This document shows, piece by piece, positions 45,309-52,783 of a stretch of DNA of 55,335 nucleotides. Position 1 is the stretch's first letter. Each line of letters begins with the position of its first letter. The stretch comes from a virus (taxonomy: Duplodnaviria; Caudoviricetes), in IMG/VR virus record IMGVR_UViG_3300020042_002590, positions 1 to 55,335 of that record; one strand, 5' to 3'. Made by a program: the position numbers and the translations under genes. Under the pieces are notes generated by a model. The model saw only the letters and a program-made list of their open reading frames with translations. It did no database searches and was not told where the DNA came from.

Positions 45309-45589
45309 TTGCCCCTCCTACTTCAGCCGTACTCCATACGATAGCAAGAGTTCAGCCTGACTGCGTGGAAGAAAAGGGTTACACGGTAAGCGTAAAGGCG
45401 CGGGGCAACTACCCTCAACAATCCGTGGTGCTGGTCTAATTTGCAAGCACAGGGGCGTTGACGCAAGTCAACCATGCAAATGCCGTAAGGCGGGTGAACC
45501 TCCTCTCCAACTCCATTGTTCGCATTGGGGAAGGGGGGTCTTTGGGGTGAATTTATCAACAAGCCCCGCAAAGGGGCGTTAAAAGGAGA

Positions 45590-45796
45590 GTGACGATGAG
45601 AATATATTTAATTGCAAGTAACAGGGGTGTACGTCTTGTACGTGCCAACACAAGAGCGCAGGCTTTGAATCATGTAGCCTCGCAGGAGTTGACGGTCAGG
45701 GTTGCATCGCAGGATGACTTAGTCAAGTATTTAGCAGAGGGCAGCTCAGTTGAGACAGTAGTTGCGCCCGACCAAGGAAAACTAGATCTTATATAA
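45590..45796 (+). CDS. Hypothetical protein
   Basis: AAGGAGA RBS (start GTG 45590 or ATG 45596); RLVRANTRAQALNHVA. Confidence 0.65.
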   Translation: MTMRIYLIASNRGVRLVRANTRAQALNHVASQELTVRVASQDDLVKYLAEGSSVETVVAPDQGKLDLI

Positions 45797-45806
45797 GGGA
45801 GGATTT

Positions 45807-46124
45807 ATGGAATTTCATAGAGCAAGGAACACCGACCCGTCTACCAGCCACATGGCGGCGGCATCCGTCAAAGAATCGGCACAGATTCACCATGAACAAA
45901 TTGTCAACTGCTTAAAAAGATTTGGCCCAATGGGCAAAGACGGTATAGCTTTACACGCAAACATCAACGGTTCTGCTGACGGCAATGCTGTTGCTAGGCG
46001 TTTGCCCGAGCTTGAAAAAATGGGACTTGTGATGCAAACTGGCAGGCTCGTTGTCTCTAAAAGCGGTCGCAAAGAACGAGAGTGGGCTTATGTCTTGCCG
46101 CAAAGCCAACGTGTTTTATTTTAG
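45807..46124 (+). CDS. Winged-helix DNA-binding protein
   Basis: ARNTDPSTSHMAA...VARRLPELEKMGLV...SGRKEREW. Confidence 0.65.
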   Translation: MEFHRARNTDPSTSHMAAASVKESAQIHHEQIVNCLKRFGPMGKDGIALHANINGSADGNAVARRLPELEKMGLVMQTGRLVVSKSGRKEREWAYVLPQSQRVLF

Positions 46125-46133
46125 GGAGGGATT

Positions 46134-46307
46134 ATGGAAACTGATCTAAACAACTTAACGATGCGCGACCTGTTCGCCATGTTTGCAATGGCTGGGATGT
46201 TGTCGGATGAGTCCGTAAGGGCGAACGTTTACATCCTAAGCGCAGATGCATACAAATGCGCAGATGCAATGATTGAGCAAAGGAACAAAGATGCCACGCA
46301 ACTTTAA
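46134..46307 (+). CDS. 57-aa conserved phage protein
   Basis: LTMRDLFAMFAMAGML...AYKCADAMIEQR; GGAGG RBS. Confidence 0.65.
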   Translation: METDLNNLTMRDLFAMFAMAGMLSDESVRANVYILSADAYKCADAMIEQRNKDATQL

Positions 46308-46530
46308 ACAAGAATACAAAACGCAAGTTGGGCGGGGCGAACACGAAAACCGCATGGAGCGTCAACGAGCAAGGCGCAAGCTTGACGCAAAAGGCGTAGA
46401 CCGTGCAGGCAAGGACGTAGCCCACGTCAAAGCTTTAAGCAAGGGAGGCTCTAACGCTACTGGCATCAAGCTCGAAGCACCAAGCAAGAACCGAAGCTTT
46501 AAACGCAAGTCCGACGGCAGCATGAAATGA
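46291..46530 (+). CDS. HNH-like small protein, possibly degenerate
   Basis: RARRKL...GKDVAHVKALSKGGSN...NRS. Confidence 0.6.
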   Translation: MPRNFKQEYKTQVGRGEHENRMERQRARRKLDAKGVDRAGKDVAHVKALSKGGSNATGIKLEAPSKNRSFKRKSDGSMK

Positions 46531-48230
46531 TTGCAGAGTTAGTTGAGTCAACATACTTCAACGAAACTGCTCGCGTATCTTGCCCTTTCTGCTCGCCCGA
46601 ACGCAGGAAATCAAATAGTAAAGATATGACCTTGACCCGCAAAGATGACGGCGCGGTTGTCTATCACTGCCACCATTGTTTTGCCAATGGATCTGTGCAA
46701 CCCGAAAAAAAGGAATTCAAATTGTCTGCCGTCCCATCCAAAACGGTCATCAACCAACCACTATCTCAACCCCACTACGACTGGCTCATGTCACGTGGGA
46801 TCTCTCAACAAACCGCAGACAAGTTCAAACTGTTTGCCGCAGACAAGTACTTCAACAAGATAGGCAAGGTCACATCTGCGGTTGGCTTTCCCTACTTCAG
46901 AGACGGCGCATTGATTGCCACCAAGTACAGATCAATTGATGCAAAGGACTTCACCCAAGACATGGGCGGGGCGCATGACTTCTTTGGCATAGACCAAGTT
47001 AAAGCAGGCGAACCCATCATCATTGTCGAGGGAGAGATGGATGTCCTGTCCGCTGTCGAGGCAGGTTTAAACAACGTGGTTTCAGTTCCTTCAGGCGCAC
47101 CCGTCAAGGTTGCGGACGGAAAAGTGCTTCCGTCTGAGGATAAAAAGTTTGCCTTTGTATGGAATGCGCGGGAAGTTCTTGAGAAAGCACCCTACATCGT
47201 ATTGGCTACAGATCAAGACAGCGCAGGGCAAGCGTTAGCCGAGGAGTTGGCAAGACGTATTGGCAAAGACAAATGCAGGCTGGCTAAGTTCCACAAGAAA
47301 GATTTAAACGAAGTCCTGATGGATGACGACCCAACGCTAGATGATCACCCGTCAAAGCTAATACAGAAGATCATTGATGACGCACAGCCGTACCCGATCA
47401 GCGGACTCACCGACCCAAGCGCATACTTTGATCGTTTAAACGATCTCTGGGCAAAGGGATCTGGCAAAGGGTTCAGCACAGGTTATCCCTCCATAGATGA
47501 TGTTTACACGATAGCGCCTGCACAGATGACGGTGGTGACAGGCTACCCCAGTTCGGGTAAGTCCAACTTTGTTGATCAGATCATGGTCAACTTAGCCGCC
47601 AAGTTTGATTGGAAGTTTGCGGTCTGCTCGTTTGAGAATCAGCCTGAGATCCACATCAGTCGGTTGATGGAGATCTACACAAAGAAAAGATTCTTTGATG
47701 GGCGGGACAGGATGACTGACTCAGATAAAGAGGATGCGTTTAAATTCGTACAGGAACACTTCCTCTTCATTGACACAAACGGTGAAGAGCCTAGCACCCT
47801 TGAGTCGATACTTGAGAGGGCAAAGGTTGCTGTTAAACGCATGGGTGTACGTGGCTTGGTCATTGACCCATACAACTACATCGATCTCAATAAGACCAAC
47901 AGCACAGAGACAGAAGCAATCAGCAATATGTTGACCAAGGTACAGAAGTTCTGTAAAGCCTTTGACGTGCATACGTGGTTCGTTGCCCATCCCTCAAAGA
48001 TCAATCGATCAGGCGTAGACCAGCCCCGCCCTGATGGCATGTCGATATCAGGATCTATGGCGTGGTGGGCAAAGACTGACTGCGGCATCACCGTCCACAG
48101 GGGCGACAGGAATGTCGTTGAAATTGCAGTATGGAAGTGCCGCTATAGGTGGGTGGGTACACAAGGGGAAACGACCCTGCTCTACAACAAAGTGAGCGGG
48201 ACTTATGAGGAAAACCTAGACAACTTCTAG
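46527..48230 (+). CDS. Primase-helicase (T7 gp4/Twinkle-like)
   Basis: Zn ribbon CPFC...CHHC; TOPRIM IVEGEMD and ATDQDSAG; Walker A GYPSSGKS; VIDPYN; VAHP. Confidence 0.92.
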   Translation: MIAELVESTYFNETARVSCPFCSPERRKSNSKDMTLTRKDDGAVVYHCHHCFANGSVQPEKKEFKLSAVPSKTVINQPLSQPHYDWLMSRGISQQTADKFKLFAADKYFNKIGKVTSAVGFPYFRDGALIATKYRSIDAKDFTQDMGGAHDFFGIDQVKAGEPIIIVEGEMDVLSAVEAGLNNVVSVPSGAPVKVADGKVLPSEDKKFAFVWNAREVLEKAPYIVLATDQDSAGQALAEELARRIGKDKCRLAKFHKKDLNEVLMDDDPTLDDHPSKLIQKIIDDAQPYPISGLTDPSAYFDRLNDLWAKGSGKGFSTGYPSIDDVYTIAPAQMTVVTGYPSSGKSNFVDQIMVNLAAKFDWKFAVCSFENQPEIHISRLMEIYTKKRFFDGRDRMTDSDKEDAFKFVQEHFLFIDTNGEEPSTLESILERAKVAVKRMGVRGLVIDPYNYIDLNKTNSTETEAISNMLTKVQKFCKAFDVHTWFVAHPSKINRSGVDQPRPDGMSISGSMAWWAKTDCGITVHRGDRNVVEIAVWKCRYRWVGTQGETTLLYNKVSGTYEENLDNF

Positions 48231-48232
48231 GC

Positions 48233-48270
48233 AAAAGAAAAGGGGGATAAGAAATCTTATCCCCCTGTTT
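48233..48270. terminator. Terminator between convergent units
   Basis: AGGGGGATAAG-AAAT-CTTATCCCCCT, A-tract upstream and GTTT downstream. Confidence 0.75.
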
Positions 48271-48280
48271 AAACGCTTCT

Positions 48281-48478
48281 TTAATCTTGCTTGTCGAGGT
48301 AATCACCTAGCGGACGACTAAACTTTTCGGGTGTTCTGCCCATTTGCATACCAAGAATAAAAATAGCATCATCACGACTCTTGGCAACAAGGCCAAGCCC
48401 TAACACGCCAATCTCGTCATAGTATTCTGCCATCCAAACTTTGAGGTCTTTTATGTATTTAACTTTGATACTCATCAC
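48281..48478 (-). CDS. Hypothetical early protein
   Basis: AGGAG RBS. Confidence 0.55.
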   Translation of the reverse strand: MMSIKVKYIKDLKVWMAEYYDEIGVLGLGLVAKSRDDAIFILGMQMGRTPEKFSRPLGDYLDKQD

Positions 48479-48560
48479 ATCTCCTAGTTAAGGTTGTTAC
48501 TGTTTAAACATAACGCAGCAGCCAGCAGCAGCTCACCAGATGAGCTTCGAGCTTGACTGT

Positions 48561-48800
48561 TTAAACAAGCCGAGCTTTAAAGACTGCGGACAGGATGTTG
48601 TCATAGCGACCCCAATATCTAGGGGTTGCAAGATGCACCTTGGATTTGACGTAGACCAGCCATGCCCCATTGTCATGCTTGATGTAGGCTTCGCCCTTGG
48701 GTATGTAGGAATGGTCAGCGACCAATGCAATACAAGCCCATTTGGACACTTCAGCATGAAATTTGGCACAGGGTTGGTCAATTATCTTTACAACCCTCAT
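48561..48800 (-). CDS. Hypothetical early protein
   Basis: ATGA overlap with the upstream gene. Confidence 0.5.
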   Translation of the reverse strand: MRVVKIIDQPCAKFHAEVSKWACIALVADHSYIPKGEAYIKHDNGAWLVYVKSKVHLATPRYWGRYDNILSAVFKARLV

Positions 48801-49078
48801 GCACTTACGCTGATAGGCTGACCACGATAAAACATCGGATCGCCATTACGCTTGCAGTTGGCATAAAGAATAATCGCAGAGTGGATCGTGTCCCAGTTCA
48901 AGCCATAGTTGGCATCAAACGCAGTCTCAGCAACACGCATAACGTTTAAACAGTCTTCATCGGTAAACCCTGAAGCATCCTCAATGTTTTCTGTTTCAAT
49001 GCAGTTGCGTATGTCTTCAATACTCCACTCGTCACGCAATACCCACTCGTCATCGTTTCCTTGAATTAATCTAGCCAT
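48797..49078 (-). CDS. Hypothetical acidic early protein
   Basis: WSIEDI...FTDEDCLNVM...FDANYGLNWDTI; GGGAG RBS. Confidence 0.65.
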   Translation of the reverse strand: MARLIQGNDDEWVLRDEWSIEDIRNCIETENIEDASGFTDEDCLNVMRVAETAFDANYGLNWDTIHSAIILYANCKRNGDPMFYRGQPISVSA

Positions 49079-49230
49079 GTTGTTTCTCCCAAAAGTTTAA
49101 AGTTATGTGCGGTCTCTCCCGCCGTCACCGCTTCAGCATATTCAATCTGCGGTTGACTGTTCGAAAGTTGCACCCCCCAAAAATCTTGAAGGGGGTAGAG
49201 GATGCAAACACATATGCAAGATGATATGAA

Positions 49231-49476
49231 TTAACCCCCAACAATTTCAGTAAAAACTTGCTCGTTGATTGGTAGGTTTTCAAAATACAAATAACCATCC
49301 TCAACAGCTATCGCCAAAAGATATTTGTTTAAACACTTACCCGTGTAGTAAATATCGAGTGGCTCTTCAATCTTTACGGCAAGCCTAAAGTCAGCACGAC
49401 CCAAGCCAACATCAACAATCGTTGGCTCAAGTCCAAAGCCACGCAAGTCAGCAATAATATTTAAAGCATCCATCAA
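49231..49476 (-). CDS. Hypothetical early protein
   Basis: GAGG RBS; gene chain. Confidence 0.55.
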   Translation of the reverse strand: MMDALNIIADLRGFGLEPTIVDVGLGRADFRLAVKIEEPLDIYYTGKCLNKYLLAIAVEDGYLYFENLPINEQVFTEIVGG

Positions 49477-49700
49477 TGTACCTCATCAGAATCAGGTTGA
49501 AAAAAGTTTTCGTATTCCCATACGTACTCAAGGCGGTCAAAAAAGTCTTGCTTGTTTGCGCCTGTTGACATGGAAAGCAACACCAGCACCTTGGTAAGCA
49601 CTGCTATGGCTTCCTGTGGGGTTAGTTCGGCATGGCTAACCATTTCAACGATCCCCTCGTAGAACATAGACAGTTCTTTTGGTGCTGATGGCTGTTCCAT
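49473..49700 (-). CDS. Hypothetical early protein
   Basis: TAATG coupling. Confidence 0.55.
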   Translation of the reverse strand: MEQPSAPKELSMFYEGIVEMVSHAELTPQEAIAVLTKVLVLLSMSTGANKQDFFDRLEYVWEYENFFQPDSDEVH

Positions 49701-49939
49701 TATTTATTTTCTCCACTTGTTACGTCTTGGTAGTAGTCATACCATGATGATATGGATTCATGCACTTGCGCCATGAATGCTTGCTTCGACCCGCCAACTC
49801 TCTTGGCATTAATACCAGCCCCGCCAATGGTTGCACAAAGTGCGTGTAAACAAACGCTGAAATCCTCACCTGCAAGGACGTCATCAAGTTCATCATGCAG
49901 ATCGTTTACACGATCCAATTCTTCTACGGTCATCTTCAT
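49700..49939 (-). CDS. Hypothetical early protein
   Basis: ATGA coupling; GAGG RBS. Confidence 0.55.
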   Translation of the reverse strand: MKMTVEELDRVNDLHDELDDVLAGEDFSVCLHALCATIGGAGINAKRVGGSKQAFMAQVHESISSWYDYYQDVTSGENK

Positions 49940-50106
49940 TCTTCCACCTCTTCTACGTCAACAATTCTCCAATCACCTTTGTCGGCGTTTTCAAAACTCC
50001 CGCCGTCCATTTCACGTGCTATGTTGTAGGCTTCGTCTTCATCTTTTGCATCAACGTATGTAAAGCAGGACGTGGTGTAGTAAGCAGTGATCCTATATTG
50101 TTTCAT
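49936..50106 (-). CDS. 56-aa acidic protein (DpnD/PcfM-like pattern)
   Basis: MKQYRITAYY...VDAKDEDEAYNIAREM; GAGGAG RBS. Confidence 0.55.
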   Translation of the reverse strand: MKQYRITAYYTTSCFTYVDAKDEDEAYNIAREMDGGSFENADKGDWRIVDVEEVEE

Positions 50107-50245
50107 GTGTCATCTCCTCTTCCAAATCATCATCGCTGACCTCGTCAACCATAATTGATATTACTCGTAAGCCCTCAAAGATTTCGACAACCTCAAAGTC
50201 GATACCCGCCTTGTCTAAGGCTTCATACAGTTCATCTGCATTCAT
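50093..50245 (-). CDS. 50-aa acidic protein
   Basis: MNADELYEALDKAGIDFEVVEIFEG...; AAGGAG RBS. Confidence 0.55.
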   Translation of the reverse strand: MNADELYEALDKAGIDFEVVEIFEGLRVISIMVDEVSDDDLEEEMTHETI

Positions 50246-50472
50246 GCCAACTCCTTAAAGTTAAATGGAACATTCACCTCGCTCAGAATATCCCCATCGC
50301 AGTCATAGACAGTCACATTAAAGAAATCCAACTCTTGGCGGATATGCACATAGCCACCGTCCTTTGTCACCTCACGTTGTTCAGTGTCGTACACATCAAA
50401 GTTCACGACAACTGAGTCATCATCAAGTCTGTCTGTACGCATCAAAATATTTTCATGGTCTTGCAGTTTCAT
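50242..50472 (-). CDS. Hypothetical acidic protein
   Basis: AAGGAG RBS. Confidence 0.6.
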   Translation of the reverse strand: MKLQDHENILMRTDRLDDDSVVVNFDVYDTEQREVTKDGGYVHIRQELDFFNVTVYDCDGDILSEVNVPFNFKELA

Positions 50473-50773
50473 TTTCTTTCTCCTTTGTGTTTAAACGTTT
50501 ATCCAATCGGATGGATTCTTTGTGTGCGGCGGCGAGTGCGAGTTCAATGGTTGTGTGTGCTGAAAGGTTGACCCACCCCACATTGCGCTTGCGAACAAGC
50601 GAAACAATATAAGGGCGTTTGCGATCAACATCGACCCACCTACTCAAATTGCGCCACGACTGATGCCTGATGTAAATAAAGTCGCCGTGCTTGAGGCACT
50701 CAAGCCAAGGCGTGGTCACCAGCGAGTCGTGGAGCGCACCTTTCGGTATACCCTCACCTAAAAATATTTTCAT
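50453..50773 (-). CDS. Hypothetical protein
   Basis: ATG 50773 after AAGGAG. Confidence 0.55.
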   Translation of the reverse strand: MKIFLGEGIPKGALHDSLVTTPWLECLKHGDFIYIRHQSWRNLSRWVDVDRKRPYIVSLVRKRNVGWVNLSAHTTIELALAAAHKESIRLDKRLNTKEKENETARP

Positions 50774-50784
50774 TTCAATTCTCC

Positions 50785-50967
50785 TTATGAATAGGTGTTT
50801 GCTTTGACTTGCTCGTGGTAGAGTTTGACCAAGCGATCTTGCACCTCGCCCCAACCCTTATCCCAATACAACTCTTGTAGCGCCATGCCAATAGACCAAC
50901 GCACATCTTCATCATCTTCCATATGGTCTACCGCCTCAGCGATCAATGCATCAATATCAATCTTCAT
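50785..50967 (-). CDS. Hypothetical protein
   Basis: GAGGAG RBS. Confidence 0.55.
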   Translation of the reverse strand: MKIDIDALIAEAVDHMEDDEDVRWSIGMALQELYWDKGWGEVQDRLVKLYHEQVKANTYS

Positions 50968-51109
50968 TGGTCATCTCCTCTTCGGGTAAAAAGTGCATCG
51001 CCTTGTTGTTGGGTATGTCCGCAATCAATTCCTCAATAGCAGTCATGTCCCCCCATTTAACGTCTTTGGCAATCTGCTCCAACACTCGGTCTAATAATTT
51101 CTTGTTCAT
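50957..51109 (-). CDS. 50-aa hypothetical protein
   Basis: MNKKLLDRVLEQIAKDVKWGDMTAIEELI; AAGGAG RBS. Confidence 0.55.
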   Translation of the reverse strand: MNKKLLDRVLEQIAKDVKWGDMTAIEELIADIPNNKAMHFLPEEEMTNED

Positions 51110-51121
51110 TTCGATTCTCCT

Positions 51122-52768
51122 TTATGCGGCTAGTTTGATTTGTTTAAATGATGCAGTACCGAGGTCTGCAATGCTCTTCACGTGTACGTTGTTTGAGTAA
51201 ACATCGCTCACGTTGTACTGGATACCGACCCCGATAGTCGTGATTCCAAGGCGCTCACCCACTTGCGCCTGATGCTTGGCGGCGGCTTTGTGACCATCGC
51301 CATCGGTGATAACGAACATCACCTTGCGCTCTTCATGCCTTTGCAAAAGCAGACCGTGCCCGTAGCGGATTGCAAAGTAATCATTCGACCCGCCACCTGC
51401 CTCAATACGCACCAGCAAGTCATTAACCTTTTTGTGATTCATGTCGAAAGGTTTCAGCACGGCGGTGCTATCGCCAAAGGTCAGCACACAAGTGGCTACA
51501 CCAGCACGGTTCAGCGTGTCCAGCAGGGCGGCAGTGGTCTGAATGGCGGCAGTCATGCGCTCGGCATCGGGGTTGCCATAGTCCCTAAACATAGACCCTG
51601 AAATGTCCAGTGCGATAACCACTGCACTGTCGATGCCCTCGGTCTCTTGCCTGCGTTTAAACAGGCGCTCACCGCCCATCGCCACATTGGGTAAGGCGTG
51701 GACATTGATTGACCCTGCCTTGCGGTTGCGTTGAAATTCAGACAAGCCTGAGTTTTCAAACAGGCGCTTGACCTCATAGCGTAACTTGGCGGGGACAGTG
51801 GGCAGGATGGTGAATCGACCATCGGGGCGGCTATTTATATCCGCATGGTTAGTCGCCTCGGTCAAGCCTGATCCCTCGCAATACCCGCCCGAACCGCCAC
51901 TCTCATCAGGCGCTTGGTTGGTAGGCTCGACCTCGACAGGCTCGGAGTGCTCATCAGGCGCAGAGGCTTTGCCTACGCCATCGCCATCGACCGCCTCACC
52001 GCCCTTACCCTCACCCTCGCCCTCTGCATCGCCGTCAGAGGCGCTCTCACCCTCGCCCTGACCCTCACCCTCACCCTCGCCGTCTTTGCCCTCTTCCTGA
52101 CCATCCTGATCGGTCTCAGACCCATCGCCTTGGTCATCGCCTTGGTCATCTTGCTGGTCATCATCTAAGTGCTGGAGTTGATCCATCATCCACTTTGCGA
52201 CTCGCAGGGTATCGGTGCTGGATGAGCAATCATCAATCATCAGCGATGCCTTGTAAAAGATCGACTGCAAGCCCGTTGCAAGCGGTACACGCTTGGCATA
52301 GCGGCGACCATAGGCGGCAAAGACAAAAGGATATTGCAAGGGGTCAGCCCAATCGATCTTTGCCTCAAAAGCCTTGTCGATCATGTTGTTGATCACATTG
52401 GCAAGCAATGCTTCAATGTTGCCTGTCAATTTGACATTGATGGCGGTGCGCTCAATCCAAACATCCTCGACTGCATTGTGAAGCTTGGCAAGGTAACGTG
52501 TATCGCCACGCACGTTGAAGTCAGTGTATTTGCGGTGCAGTAGTTCATGCACCACGTACCCGCAATAGTCTTCAAACACCGCACGACTCACCACTGCATC
52601 ATCAGCAATGTCAGCCAACTGGATCACGCCACGCCCATTGATACAGGCGGTTTGAACACCGACTGACCAATAGAGGGATACTGGTTTCAAGCCAAGAAAC
52701 TTGCAGACCTTGTGGCAAAGGGAAGTGACCCCCGCCCGTACCTCATAGCCTTTGTAAAATGCTTTCAT
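51122..52768 (-). CDS. CobT-like protein: N-terminal HExxH domain, acidic linker, vWA domain
   Basis: YVVHELLH...NAVEDVWIE; D/E/G-rich linker; MIDAS LDISGSM; ITDG. Confidence 0.8.
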   Translation of the reverse strand: MKAFYKGYEVRAGVTSLCHKVCKFLGLKPVSLYWSVGVQTACINGRGVIQLADIADDAVVSRAVFEDYCGYVVHELLHRKYTDFNVRGDTRYLAKLHNAVEDVWIERTAINVKLTGNIEALLANVINNMIDKAFEAKIDWADPLQYPFVFAAYGRRYAKRVPLATGLQSIFYKASLMIDDCSSSTDTLRVAKWMMDQLQHLDDDQQDDQGDDQGDGSETDQDGQEEGKDGEGEGEGQGEGESASDGDAEGEGEGKGGEAVDGDGVGKASAPDEHSEPVEVEPTNQAPDESGGSGGYCEGSGLTEATNHADINSRPDGRFTILPTVPAKLRYEVKRLFENSGLSEFQRNRKAGSINVHALPNVAMGGERLFKRRQETEGIDSAVVIALDISGSMFRDYGNPDAERMTAAIQTTAALLDTLNRAGVATCVLTFGDSTAVLKPFDMNHKKVNDLLVRIEAGGGSNDYFAIRYGHGLLLQRHEERKVMFVITDGDGHKAAAKHQAQVGERLGITTIGVGIQYNVSDVYSNNVHVKSIADLGTASFKQIKLAA

Positions 52769-52783
52769 GTTTAAACGCTCCTT

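Noticed and set aside
51960-52165. CCCTCA/CCCTCG-type short repeats
   Set aside because: They simply encode the low-complexity GEGEG/DDQG acidic linker of the vWA protein
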